Shown here one piece after another: positions 1 to 15,763 of a DNA stretch of 64,000 nt (positions are counted from its first letter, which is position 1; each line of letters begins with the position of its first letter). Location: NCBI RefSeq assembly GCF_009914755.1, contig NC_060935.1. The stretch is one strand, 5' to 3'. Origin of the DNA: the human T2T-CHM13v2.0 reference genome, Homo sapiens. The notes under the pieces were generated by a model, which did not search any database, was not told the DNA's origin, and saw only the letters and a program-made list of their open reading frames with translations. Made by a program: the position numbers and the translations under genes.

Positions 1-99
1 AACCTGTCCCTACCCAGTTGAATTTTCTGTGTGGGCGACCAACAATCTCCCATAGATATTTATAGTACTTTTAAAAGTCCTTTTCATTGTAATATTCTG

Positions 100-250
100 T
101 GTAATCTCCATAACAATTTAGAGTAGGGCAGAAGACTCCCAAAATACAGATGCGAAGACTGAGGCTCTATGGAGTTAACATTCCCACTAGAATGCGTTGG
201 AGTGTCTATGTGCAGGATCCTCAAAGTAGCGTCCTTTTTCCACTCTGCTA
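100..250 (-). mobile_element. MIR SINE fragment (diverged)
   Basis: 'ccc aaaatacagatgcgaagactgaggctctatggagttaa' resembles the reverse complement of the MIR core (cccattttacagatgaggaaactgaggctcagagaggttaa). Boundaries approximate. Confidence 0.5.
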
Positions 251-999
251 CCTCTCTCTACCTCAGTTGTCTCCGCAAATAGCGGAACCAAAAGTAGGCT
301 TCTTTATTTTATTTAGGAAAGGACATGAAGGATAAGTTATCTTGGAACCACAAGAGAAACAAGAGGTAAGCAGAATGTAATTACCCAAGTTGGAAAGTTG
401 CCATATGTAACAGCGGCAGAACTCCACTGTGGGACAAAAAAGCAATATTGACCAAGAAATACCATATTACCCTTCACAGACTCATTCTGATAGTTCGTTC
501 TTCACCCATATTTATTCAAAAGACCTAAGAATCTAGCTATTTACTATGAGAAACTCATTACTGGCATTTGCAGATGCTCAGGGATGTAGTGTTTGAGACT
601 GAGAGTAGGAGACACCTAAGAAAAATTAATAATGCATACAGTAAAACCCATTTAGGTTTCTATTTGTGAAGAAGGGCTCTTATGAGTCAAGATAGAGGAG
701 TAAGAGTTTGGAATGATATGCATGAAGAGAAATACAGCAATGGAAGAGTGGGAATAAAGCTTTTGACTGTGGTGTCTATGCCTCTGCTGCCAAACTCAAA
801 CCCACCCTCAAACAAAGCAGAAGGAGCTTTTAGTGCAGAGCCCCAACTTTTTTCCCACTTTCTAGAAGATGGAGTTTGCAAGCACTGCAGAGACAGACTG
901 GGATCAAGGCTCCAGAAAGCAGCTTCCAGATCAATACTGAAGCCTTTGTAGCACACCAGGAGCAGAAAGTGTCTTGGAAGCATCTAACACTAAAAATAG

Positions 1000-1290
1000 A
1001 GCTGCTTCCTAATGGGCTGGGTTGGCTTACAAGAGGCAGAGGTGGGAGGAAGGGCATTCCAGGAAGAGGCGCTCCTGGAATCAGGCATTCAGGCTGGAAA
1101 GACTGAGAGAATAGGGAAAAGGAGAAAGGGTGGGGAATAGAGAGAGGGAAAGAGAGAGAGAATACGGGAGTGAGCAGGTGGAGCAAGAAATGCTACATTG
1201 GAAGTAAGATTGGAAATTTAGGATGTGGCTTGATTTCGAAGAACCTAAAATGTTGGGCTTTGTTAGTTAAGGAAATACCACTGCAGTTTC
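1000..1290 (-). mobile_element. L2 LINE fragment (diverged)
   Basis: 'ggaggaagggcattccaggaagagg' and the downstream purine-rich sequence resemble the antisense L2 3' region. Confidence 0.4.
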
Positions 1291-1295
1291 TATGT

Positions 1296-1300
<5 letters not shown>

Positions 1301-1344
<44 letters not shown>
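1301..1344. repeat. (TG)22 microsatellite
   Basis: Perfect TG dinucleotide run read directly from the sequence. Confidence 0.97.
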
Positions 1345-1346
<2 letters not shown>

Positions 1347-2432
1347 GGGGAAGGGGTTTTAATGTGTTTCATGGGGGTATTTTAGGGAATATTATTTTTC
1401 TATAGAAAGGAATGGTCATCAGAAGTCTACCTTAAAAAATAAATTATTTTGAAAAAATGGTTATGACGGATGCCCTCAAAAGAATTTGCATATTTGCAGG
1501 AAGAAAAAGGCCAAAAGGACCATTAACGTGAAGGATGGTTTTCTCATCGCTGGTTTAGCTCCTATTTAACAACAGGAAGCTCTGGGTACTTGTGGAAAGG
1601 TTCTGGGAAGTGGGGGGCATTTTTACAGAGCATTTGGCTGAGCCTCTCTTGAAAAACTCTTCTAAGTGTGTGTTTTTATTAATGATTTCAAGTGAACAAC
1701 TATTCTGCCTTACTCCTGCATTCACTCTTTTGGAAGGCTGGTGAATGATCTTTGGAGATTTGTGTGTAAATCCTGTTCTTATATTTGCTTATTTATATTT
1801 TAACTCTACTTAAAATGGAGATTTTTACTTTTCTGCGGTTTTACTTAGGCACAGAGAGAAACAATGTGGATACAACACTTTTCTTCTAAAGATGTTGATA
1901 TTACTTGCCATGTGTCTGTTTGCTTGTTTTAAATAGAGGACTGACTCATAGCACAGAAGGAATGTCAAGGAGTTCCAGATATCTCTCATGCATTAGGTAC
2001 TTCAGTAAGAGTCAATATCATGCTGGCCATATTGCTTCTGATATCTTTAGGATCCATAAAATTGAGTTTGGTGTATCATCATGTTATTCTGCTCCTATAA
2101 ACCCACTTTGAATATCAAGGTCGCCTGAGACAGGCCAAGGTCCTGATCAAGAGGGAGGCTCAATTCAAGTTAACATTTTATGTCCTTCCTGGGAAAAAGA
2201 ACCTAAAGGTTGTCATTGTTTCATATTCCTCCCCTTTCCATTTAGGGAGAAGTTTCACACTTTAGCAGCAAATTGCACTTCCTAGCAACATCAGGAGCTC
2301 TTAAGCATGTCAGGAAAAATCGACATCCAGTGAAAGTGTGAACAGTCTAGAGAGGTTTGCAAACAGCAAATTACATGCACCAAGAAGCTAAAATACAGGT
2401 TCCTTTTTCAAGAGTTCTTTTAGGAAGGTAGC

Positions 2433-2846
2433 TGCTATGGTTTGAATGTGCTTTACCCCCATCAACACTCAGGTTAAAATTTGATTCCCAATGTGGCAGT
2501 GTTGGAAAGTGGGGCCCGGTGGGAGGTGTTTGGGTCCTGGGGGTGGATTCCTCATGAATAGATTAATGCTTTCTTGAAAGCGAGTTCTCACTCTCATGGG
2601 ACTGAATTAGTTCCAGAAAGAGTGGGTGGTTCCTCCCCATGTTTGGTCTCTTTGCACACACCCACTCACTACTCTGCTTCTCTGCCATGTCTTGACGCAG
2701 TGTATGACCTTCACCAGAAGCCAAACAGATGCCAGTGCCATATTCTTGGACTTTCCAGCCGCCAGAATTGTGGGCTAAACGTCTTTTGCTTTTAAATTTC
2801 CCAGCCTCAGCTAATCTGTTACAGCAACACTAAACGGATTAAGACA
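2433..2846 (+). mobile_element. MaLR solo LTR (MST / MLT1A family)
   Basis: Begins tgctatggtttgaatgtg and ends tgttacagcaacactaaacggattaagaca (TG...CA termini). Internal 'ccttcaccagaagccaaacagatgccagtgcc...ttggactttccagcc..cagaa' is typical of MST LTRs. Confidence 0.85.
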
Positions 2847-3744
2847 AGGGGTACCTCTGTTCAATCAAGGTAATCATATGGGGAAAGGAGCATACGTAGA
2901 AACCTATTGCCCTCCTCCTCCATATATAGATCTCCTCTATGGTGGCTAGACAGCCAGTATCTACCTCTGATTTGGAGCAAATTTCCTAACCTCTCAAAAT
3001 CAAGTTTCTTCACCTGAAAATAGGACAATCTGCTTAATTTCCTGTTTGTAAATCCATGGTAATGAACATGCCTTCCATAGCCATTCCCATTATCCTCTTG
3101 GACTACCAAATCCCATTTATGCCTAAAAGGAAGGCCCTCCTCCCACAGATGAAGGGAACATCTCCCACCCCACTCCTGGTAGATGCTGTAGATTTTACTG
3201 GTTCCAAAGCTGCGTCTTAGAGCGAACCCTCTCTAAGACCCTCAGATGGTCTCACTCAGGTCTTCTCCAAGAGTAGGCATTCATAGAGATGCCTACATAA
3301 TGAACCTGCCTTTACTGAGCTCCTAAGCATTGCCCGGAATGCTTGAATGATCAGCAAGTCTATTCTCCATTCATAAACCTAGAAAGAGGGTCTTTCATTG
3401 ACATGAACCTCCTACCCAGCTGAATGAACAGACTTAGAATACTAAAATACTAAGTACAAGTTAAGTTTCCCAAATTAGAACAGAGTGTATTTCAAAGTAT
3501 TTGTTGACTATATGGAGCTTAGCATACATTTTTCCAGATATGCCATAAATGATTGTCAGGGTGCCTCCACGAGCCCACAAAAGTAATCTAACACGTAATG
3601 TGACTGAAATGCACTTATTATGGTGCTGCTACACTAATAATTAAGCAAAATGTGAGAACAATTGAACTATATAAATCAGCCTCCCTTCTATGAGTTCACT
3701 GAGGGTAGAAACTACATTAAATACCTCTTTGCACAGCAAAACAA

Positions 3745-3975
3745 TAATCGTTGCTAGCACTTTTACAGGGCTTACTGTGCACCAGAAACCATTCTAAGTG
3801 TTTACATATCTTAATTAATGTAATCCTCACATTAACCTTCCTGTAAGCTCTATTACTATCCCCACTTTACAGGTGAAAAAACCGAGACTCAGAGAGGTTG
3901 CCCAGTGCTAAATAGTTAATAAGTGGTGAAACTGGAATTTGAATCCAATCTGCCTGCCTTCAGATCATCTGCTGT
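3745..3975 (-). mobile_element. MIR SINE, near full length
   Basis: 'taatcctcac...tattactatccccactttacaggtgaaaaaaccgagactcagagaggttg...aagtggtgaaactggaatttgaatcca' matches the antisense MIR consensus. Confidence 0.85.
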
Positions 3976-4339
3976 TCCAGAGAAAGCACTAAGGATACAT
4001 TTATTGAATATTTAGATCTAAATAAATTGCTTTGTTTTTATTGGGGTTCTGACACTTAGAAATGGGAAGGAGTAATTAGAAGAAATGAGGCAGATTGGAC
4101 TGATATTCTTTAGTGGGAGTGGCTGATGATTTAGGAGCTATGGGAACAGGGAATATCACCTTTGTTGGGCCATGTCTAATTTTACATATGAATGCGGGGC
4201 TTGAGTTTTTCTCCAGTAGGCATATGACTCCAGCACTTCCCATTTGGATCAGTCATGATTAGACTTTTATATTTTCCCCTCACAAATGGAAATAAAAGAG
4301 AACAAATGTAATTTTCCTGAGGTGACTAGGGAGTCTTAA

Positions 4340-4700
<361 letters not shown>

Positions 4701-4704
4701 GATA

Positions 4705-5712
<1,008 letters not shown>

Positions 5713-5899
5713 TCACACATTGTTTTTTCTCTCTCTTTGGCTTGCTCTCCCTCTCCCTTTGGTTTGTATCAACTGTGCATACAGAACTGGTTTCAACAAG
5801 TCTTCAAATTTTGCTCCACAAAATAGTCTTCATCTTTTTTGGGTTCCTCAAGTCCTCTCCTGACCAGGGCAGCCCTAGCCTTTTCCCACTCTTCTCAAC

Positions 5900-7070
5900 C
5901 CTTATCTCTATCTGTCTTCAGCCTGTCTCTCTCTCTCCTTCATTACCTACAGATGACGGCAGTTCATAACTGTCGCTTTCACACAGATGCTTCCCATATC
6001 TTTATTGAATCTCACCTTTCTCCTGCCTCCTGGGACCTTCACCTGGCTGCTCCCAGCAAGAATCCCTGCTTTCTCTCCAGGGACAGCATAAGTTATTGCA
6101 CTGAGCTGTCAACATAGCTTCAACCAGCATATCTGAAGCTAAAATTACCTTTCCCTTCCCACTCAAATGTTTCCCCCTAATTTCCTTAACAATACTATTT
6201 AACCATCCAGGATAATAATGAGGATTAATATTTCCACCTTCACTATCCCCTAATTTCAATCTATCAACAAATCTGATCCATTCTTCCTTCTCACGCTCTG
6301 TCTCATCCATCTTTCCTTTCATTCTCATTACCTCCACCCTGACTTTCAAGCTGTCCTCATTACTATGCCAAGTTCCTTGGCTTTTAGGGCATGAGTTTGC
6401 TGGGTTAGAGCCCAAGCTCTGACTTTTAAGAGCTCTATTAAATAATAATAGCACATACATCACAGAGTAGTTGATATGATTAGTTGGTTGTGTGTTAATT
6501 CTCAATAAGTAGTACTTATTAATATTATTTACTTTCCTCTATTCTCACCTCTATTTCAATCCACCATGTCTTCTACCAGCAGAACACTTTTTAAAATGTA
6601 TTGTTCTGACAATATGCTTCACTGATCCAAAACCAAAAAAGGGTCGCAACTCATTAATAAATAAATTCAAAAGTCTGTAGCTTGGCACTCAATGTTCTTC
6701 TCAACATGTTCCCCAGTGGCCTGACTGTCTTTATCCCACTCTGGTCAGAATGATTGTTCTATTGCTCCCAAGACCTATGTCCATGTCACTCTTGCTGTTT
6801 GAAAGTCTTCCCAGCTTCACACTGGAGCCTAAACTCTGCTCAAGACATTGCACTGATATCCCTGGTTATAATTTCTTTAACTTCCCCTGATCTATTTTGC
6901 ACTTTTATCAGAATTGCTTACTCAATACAAACTACAAATACTAACTACTGTCTATTATTTTAATCCCTAGACTATCAGGCCAATGAGGACTGGGCTTTCA
7001 TTTTACTCACATGGGTAGTCCTGGCAGTACATAGCACACAGTAGGTTCTCATGCTTTTTGCTGAATAAAA
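5900..7070 (+). mobile_element. L2 LINE 3' portion, probably interrupted by a MIR fragment at ~6370-6530
   Basis: Pyrimidine-rich L2-like motifs ('ttcaatctatcaacaaatctg', 'ataaattcaaaagtctgtagcttggcactcaa') and an L2 terminus 'catagcacacagtaggttctc..gctgaataaa'. Confidence 0.65.
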
Positions 7071-7629
7071 GTGCATGAGCTGCCTATTTCCACTGACACA
7101 CTGAATGGTTGATAAATAAGAGGTGTGAAGGAACGTGCAAAAGAGAAAGTAGGGTGAGCATGGCATAGAGATGGCTGTTGTATGATGGGAATTCTGATGA
7201 CTTCAGGCCAAAGTCCAAACGCTTTTTCCCCAAGTGCAAGGACTATGAGAAGGCACTTGGAGGTCTCTGCCCATACAACACAGTCTGGGCAAAGAACTCC
7301 AAGTGCCTTCTCATATTCCTGTGCCATGCATCTTTCAATGTGATTGTAATTGTGCAACCCAGGCATGGGCCATGCTGCTGGCTCTTGTCCTTAGATGTGG
7401 TTGGATACCTGCAGTCCAACCTCTCCAGAGACCACGTTCCTCACAAACAGCCCCAGTGTGTACTGAATATCTACTCCATGTGAGGGGCCTTAGCAGATGA
7501 GTCAGACTCCAGAGTGTAGCTGGATGTTGGATGGATGTGAGGAGGAAGCAGTCTGGCCTCCTCTGTTTCCAAGATAGAATGTCAGTGACATATGAGCAGT
7601 AGCCTACAGCGACTGAAGAGAGACTGGTT

Positions 7630-8015
7630 AGATCTCACTAGGTCTGTCTCTCCTTCTAAGGCACACAGAAACTACCTTCACAACTCCCTTCCATTTTGGT
7701 GGAACACTATCATTAGCTTTGCTGAGTGGAATGAGAGTGAGAGTAACGTGGCCATCCCAGGGTGAGGCCATGTCCTCTCCTCTCCCATTCTCTATGGGGT
7801 GGAATGACCAACATGACCTAGAAACATCAGGTCTGCAGGTGACAGATCCACAGCATGAAAGAAGTCTGGGTCCCAGAATGCATGCATGGAGCAGACTCCT
7901 TGCAGACCCACATAGTATTGTGACATGTGAGAAAGGAACAACAATTTTTGATTAAGCACTAAAATCTGTGGGTTGCTTACGAGAACACTTAGGATCTTTT
8001 AGAATAACTAATGCA
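7630..8015 (+). mobile_element. Old MaLR LTR (MLT1 I/J/K-like)
   Basis: 'gaagtctgggtcccagaatgcatgcatggagcagactcc...gacatgtgagaaaggaacaacaatttttgattaagcactaaaatctgtgggttg' resembles the MLT1 3' region. Confidence 0.55.
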
Positions 8016-9494
8016 CTGTTCAAAGCCCTTCCCCATATCTCATCTCAGCTGGACCTCAGAGCAAACTGAGATAAAGGAGGCATGAATCGGATGATGCCAT
8101 TTTCCTTGTGGGGTAAATGAGGAAAGGGATGTTTATTGGCCTGCCTTAACCTCTCAACTAGAAGCCAGGACTGCTGAGAAAGTGCCTACTTATCTTTCTA
8201 GGTTAATAAATACCATTGTTATTTTCTTCCACGGAAATACACATTCAATTGCTGTGATACTAGCTGCAATCGGCTTATAAACCACATTGCTCTTTCTAAG
8301 AGGCAGGAAGAGGTAAGAGAGATGGAAGGTGGAGGGCTCTTGAGATGCTACTCTGTGGAGATGGAGGAGGGCTCATATGGCCCTTGAGCTCATGCTGTTT
8401 TGTCTGGTTCTTGTTTCATGTCTGGATGTGAAGAGGTGCCACTTAGGGTCTGCCTGCCTCCTTGTGTCTCATCTTCTTCTCTCCTCTGAGAGAGGACGTT
8501 GAAGGGAGCTTCAAGAAGGGCATGTGAAGGAGGGACAACTCCCTTTTTCTTTCACGACGAATGCTTCAGTCACTAGAAAAACAGGGAAAAAACAGCAGCC
8601 CATCTCTGCTTCACTGCGCTCTCTTCCCAGGGCTGGTTCCCAGGGATTCCATGAGGATTCAGCCCCATGCGACCATGGCACTCCCTGCCACCTGCCTGCA
8701 CAGGCCCTGAGCAGAGCCTGGCTCCAGCCCAAAGGGAGACACACATCCATGCCATTAAGCAACCCCTTGCCCCTTTTGTTTAGAGGGTTGCCTTTTGACC
8801 CTCTTCAGCAATAATGTTTTATTTCTTCAGGCAGCTGGCGTATCCATTTCAAATTCCTCCCCATCCAGAAGTGATGGCAAGGAGGGATGGACTCGATTTG
8901 TGAGTTGTGAGAACCTATCAAGAGTGTCTTTCCTACAAGCCCAGGGAAGCCTTCAGCTGTGCTTTCGGCACATGGGAAGCATCTAGCACGCTGGCCAGCA
9001 CACAGTCAAAGCTTCCTAAGCATTTGTCGAGTGCATAAGTGATTAGATGAGTTTGATTATGGTCTGACTTCCTATACTTGTATATCCATCCTTATCTTTA
9101 TGTGTTTATATCCAGTCTTATCTCAAATGAATTGAAACAAGTGATCAAGTGTCTATATTCTAACAAAAGAAGCTATTTTTTACATGTGTTTTGGTAACAG
9201 GTAGCTAAGAGATATTTCCATCATGTTCTAGTAAAACAGCAGAAGCTATAGATCCAAATTCAAGCAATGAATCAAAAACAATACACAGACATCTGGGTGA
9301 CAGACAAAGTGAAATTAGCACAGCCGAGCAGCGAATTAATTCAAGTTTCTGGAAAGCAGAAAGCAGCTACTTTGTGGGCATCTAGGCAAGAGGTAACCTG
9401 GGCTCTTAGCAACAACAGTGGCCAGATGGGAGCTGAGTCTTCAGGTGGCATGTGGGAATCAGCAGAAAACGGCAGCGAGTGAGACCAGGTGAGA

Positions 9495-10310
9495 ATTCAT
9501 TTAAACAAATATGCTTTGGACTTATCATGTATGCTTACCTGATTCTTTGGGGGATAAAGAGATAAAGTTGTCTACTATTAATTAATCTAGGGCTGACTAC
9601 GATTAATGACAGTGCTATAACTGAGGCAGGGTGCTGTGGAAATGTTCTAGAAAGACATATTTTATCAAGGTGGAGGAGAGTGGCCATATCACAGGACATT
9701 TACGAGGAGATGAAATTTACTGAAGCTTTGCAAGTTAGATGCAATGTTGACTGGCAATTATAGAAAAGGGAGAAGGTAGAAAAGGCAATTGTAGCAAGAC
9801 AGAACCTCTTAAAGGTAAACCAGAGAAAGGTAATTATTAAATTGGTCAGCAAGCAAATTAGGCATGGGGATAGGAGTAGCAGTTGAGAAAAAGTTGTGCT
9901 GGAAGGAAACCTGGAAAGTTTGATAAGGTCACAGTGTTGAGAACTTCAAATGTGAGGCTTAAATACTTGTGCTTTCTTCTGAATGCAATGAAGAGCCACC
10001 CACAGCTTGTGAACACAGGAGAGGCAGGACAAAAAGAAAGAAGCAAGGTAACCCTTACGGCAGTACATAAGGCACATTGGATAAGAAAGAGCGTGGAGGT
10101 AGGAAGACTGATTTGAAGGTGGGGACATGGCCATGAGGCCCTGAGCTGGTGCTGTGCCCTCAGCTGTGTGCCGGAGGGGTCAGCACTGGAAGGTATAACC
10201 AATGGGCAGGCTGTGGTTGCTGAGTGAATTCGCAGACAACAGAGAGGAAGGAGCAAACAAAAGATCTGGAAGTTGGAACCATGATGACAGGAAGTGGAGA
10301 GTGTCATTTA
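9495..10310 (-). mobile_element. L2 LINE fragment
   Basis: Antisense L2 terminus 'attcatttaaacaaatat' and the motif 'ttcttctgaatgcaatgaagagcca'. Confidence 0.55.
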
Positions 10311-10449
10311 AAAAGTAAAGGGAGGAGAGAGAATGAATTTACACTGGCGAATACCTTACAAGGTATTAATGATGTTCATAGACATTTCTAACAATGGTAG
10401 CCCTGTGATAATGTCTTATTATTTCCATTTTTAAATGCTAGCATAGATC

Positions 10450-11231
<782 letters not shown>

Positions 11232-12976
11232 TAACATGACAGGGCTAGAGCCCATGTTCACTGTGGACAAGGGGAAAAAACACACACAGTTGAGATTACA
11301 CTTCTAAAAAGAGCTGTCCAATTTATCAGCTATTCCCCTCCTGACCTTTGCTGAGTACTGAGAAGCCGTGGTGCCTTCCCCTGCAAGCTTCCCCTCTGCA
11401 GGAGACTCCAATGAATGAAGCATGCTTAAATAAATGTCTCCAAGGCAGCCCCATCAAATATTAAAAGAACAGAACTCCTTCAGTCAGCAACAGGGCACGG
11501 CACCCAATCCCTGAGTGTCAGGGGCTGCCGCCTCCTCTGATCACTTCAACTTTAAATAGCTCTTCAGGGGGGTGTTCCTATCACTAAGGCTGATAGGCAG
11601 TGCCACTTTCTACACGCAGGCTTTGTCTTCAGCATCTCTCACCAACACAGAGGAACAAGAAAACCTGCTGACCACTCAGAAGGGGAGAGGCAGGTAAAAG
11701 AAGACGAGGGAGGCAGTAGGTCATGGGAGATTTGAGGAGTTATCACTTTTGATAGTCTGGAGGCCAAAGTTGAGAAAGGAGAAAGCTAGGCCCAGCGTGC
11801 AGATCTGGCATCTGGGAGGTGCATCTTGAGCAGACAGGACACGGAGAAAGCCCTACCCGCTTCAAAACAGGAAGACTCTACCCTCTGAGCGAGAAAAAGG
11901 CCAATTTCGATGGTAAGCAGCAGTGACTTTGACCTTAGCAAGCATGTGTGGGTTTATAAAATGGGGATAAGAATGCTTACCTGGGATCGATGTTTTGGGA
12001 ATTAAACCAGGTAATACACAGAAGGGATGGGTGGCTCTGCCTGATACTTCACAGGGGCTCAACAAAAGCCGATGTAACCCGCCCTGCTCCCCATCTCACC
12101 ACATCCCCCTTTAAATCAGTCCCTACTGAGTGCCAGGCACCAGAGCAGACAGGTCCTGGTTGTACAAACTGCAAATGATAGAATCCCTGTCCTTGAGGAA
12201 TTCACCGGTTCACACTGTTACTCATCACTTGTGCATACTCAGCTAGTTCATAACCTCTGTTACTTCATCTGCAAAGACGGAATGATGATGGCATTTAACT
12301 CAAAATTGCCCCGTTTACTGCCCGTCCTGCAGTTGTTACTCAGCGAACGCTTTCTTCCTCCTGCCCATCTCTCATCCCTCCCCACCCCAGCTGCCATCTG
12401 ATGTTGGGAAGCCATGGTGATAAAGGTGAGAATGTCACCCTGGGGCCACCAGGCAGCCACACAGCCAGCTTTTCCACTGTCTGCCCCCAAATAGCTGCCT
12501 TTCAGGAGAAAATTAAGTGGATTTCTCAAAATGCTAAACTCCTATAGAATCCAGAGGTCTCATTTCCCTCCTCCCTTCAGAAGATCCACTGAGAGCTCCC
12601 ATTTCCTCTACTGCTCCTCACGAGGTAGCCTCTCTCCTGTGGCCCAGGTACTGTGAGGTGAGGCTTGCCCACTGCCTTACTCTAACACTGACCAAGCTTG
12701 CTCCCTCATGCCATTGATCAGATAATTTGTACTGAGAGCTCACAGCCAGAGACGATAAACTTGGAGGGAACGTGCAATCCATGCAGACTCCCCTGTCGCC
12801 TCCAGATATCTGCTTCTTACTGCGTTGGTAAATGGAAATGATGGCTCCAACCTCTCTGAAACAAGAGGGAGGGAAGTATCGCTGGCTGTTGGTTTTCACA
12901 GCCCTGGGCACTGGTTTGGAATCTCTGTCCACTTTGCAGGAGACTGGCCTTCGGGTAGACAGAAGAGAGGAGTGGT

Positions 12977-13100
12977 GAAGAACTGAAACAGCCATGTGCA
13001 CTTCATTGCTCGCTCCATCCCACCGCCCTGCAGGGGGCGAAGAACTGAAACATCCATGCGCACTTCAGCGCTCGCTCCATCCCACCGCCCTCCAGGGGAG
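12977..13100. repeat. 62-bp tandem duplication (2 copies, 55/62 identical)
   Basis: Unit 1 is 12977-13038 and unit 2 is 13039-13100; both begin gaagaactgaaaca. Confidence 0.95.
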
Positions 13101-14624
13101 GAGGGGAAGTGGTTCTGGTGTCCCAGCTCTACAAATGGCAGAGACGAGGTCCAGAGTTTCAGTGAGCTGTCCAGGATCAGAGAGACCCAACTCAGATTCT
13201 GACTCTGAGCACAGCATGTTTTCCACCCTGGCACTCAGGAAGCTGCCTTAGATGACAGCTGAAAAAGGGAAGGAAGGAAGGCTTAGAGTGATGGACTGGG
13301 CAGGCAGCATCCACCATACTTCAGGATTTAGGGTCCTGATTAACCAAGCAGGCTGATGCATTCAGTCTTGAGAAGGAGAGAGGGGTTAAGGTAGAGGAGG
13401 AGAGTGGAGAAAAAGTTCCCTCACCCACTGCCAGCCGTTCTTCCCCTCCTTCCTTGAACACCACACTTCACCTGCTCTCTGAACTGGGAAAAGCAACAGA
13501 CCCAGACAGCCACCTCAATTCTACTTAGCAGCTTAAAAATCTAAATTGATGGCTGTCCTCTTCATCTCTGAAGGTCTGTTATTTAGGTTTTGTGGTTTGT
13601 TCGTCCTAACTTTGTTACGCACCATGATACTTGCAAATGGGGCAACATAAATTAAGAACTGGTAACGGACGACATTTGGAGCAGGTCCTACGGGAGATTC
13701 AGATGAATCCTGATTTGTGGATATGAGGAAATCTTCCAATTTGACATTGTAGTATATCACCCATATATTTCCCCCTGCAAATGTTCTTTCCTACTGTTTT
13801 TAGCCTGCCTCTTTAAGCCAGTAAAAGGAGAGGCCCCAGGCAACTGCTAGGCTTCCCACTTAAAGTAAAACGAAGTTAATTTACTTGCAAAGAAGACATA
13901 CAATTTACATCTCCTCTTTTCCATCCCTTCTACCATTTAGTGTGTCCCTGATAAGTCGGTTGCCACCTCCAAATTCTCTCAACCCCCACCCGCACGCTTG
14001 ATGTTGCCAGAGACAGAAGAAATATCAGTTTTTGACTTGATAATCGGCTGTGGAAACTTTGTCCAATTAGTTATTAGAGCATGTGCAGTTGAGGATGGTG
14101 CTGCTGGCTCACTGAAGCTGCTGCTGTTTTGTCATGTGGTGTCTGGCTGACCGTTAGGCCACCCTGGGCACATCCCATCAGCTCAGTAATCCTTCATTCT
14201 CAACAGCAGACATCCAATTTGGATCCAAAGCCTGACCATTCACAGGAGGATCGTCTGGGGAGATAAAAGTAGAGCCTGCTTTGGGAGCAGGGAGGTGGTT
14301 ATGCCAGAGTTGAGTCACTATCACTCTTCAAGAGGCCGGAGCACTTGTACTCAGCACTGGGGAGGGGAAGCGTCTGGTGCTTGTGTTCTCCCAGAACTCC
14401 GTCCCTGCCTACAGAGGGCTCCAGCCAGCATCCCTTGATTAACACTGCCCACCTCCACTCACTCCTTTCTCTCTGGGCCAGGCCCAGGCCACAGCAGTTT
14501 TCTTTTGTTATCTCATTTAAACCTTAAATAGTGGTCTTGGGAAACATGTTTTCTGTGTCTTTATTCTCCACAAATGAGGAATCACAGCCTCCAGATATAT
14601 CAGGTGCCCATTTAGGGCATGCTA

Positions 14625-14860
14625 GTAATAATCACAAAGTCTAATGTGTATCGAGCCCTTACTCCATGTCAGGGACTGCGCTAAACCCTTTGCATGGATG
14701 GTCTCACCCTTTCCTCCAACAGCCCTGAGGGCTTCTGTCATCGTCTTCATTTTGCAGATGAAGAATCTGAGGTTCCAGAGGTTATGAAATTTGCCTGAGT
14801 TGATGCAGGTGCGAAATGGTGCAGCTGGGGTTTCAACCCAGGACTCTGAACCCTCTGTTT
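14625..14860 (-). mobile_element. MIR SINE
   Basis: 'cattttgcagatgaagaatctgaggttccagaggttatgaaatttgcctgag...ggtttcaacccaggactctga'. Confidence 0.8.
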
Positions 14861-15400
14861 TCAGTTGCCACCTCTGTAAAAATTAGAGCTGCAGGAATTT
14901 GAGCCCATGGCTGTTGTTTTCGGAATCCATGCACCGTATGCTGCCTTACAGTGTCCTCTAAAACCTGAAGCCACTTGATGCCTTGGCCCCTTACTGTCCT
15001 GATAGCTTCCTGACTGTGGGATGCAGGCTGCCTCATGGCACTATAAGACCCCACTCCACCCCAGCACCCACTGTGCAGTGTCGGCAAAGGTGCCCTGGCA
15101 TCTTACAAAATCTTCCTCCTCTCTCTTTTCTTTCCCCAGGAAAGAAACCTGCAGGAATCTCTCTAATGGACCTTGTAGACCTGGTCATAAAAATGAGTGT
15201 GCCTTCCAGCTCCGACACTGCAGAAGTGGTCAGCTTGTGTGGGATGGCCACAGGGCTGAGCAAATGGGTGCATGTGCAGACCCAAAGGGCAGCTGAGAAG
15301 GACTGAGAGCTCCTCAGGAAGCCACATCCTCCCCTGCCCCGGAACCCTTCTAGGAAGAGAGTGGCCTCCAAAGCTATTTCAGAGACATTAATAATTCGTC

Positions 15401-15763
<363 letters not shown>

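Noticed and set aside
12977-13100. CRISPR-like repeat array
   Set aside because: Only two adjacent units with no spacers, in eukaryotic DNA.
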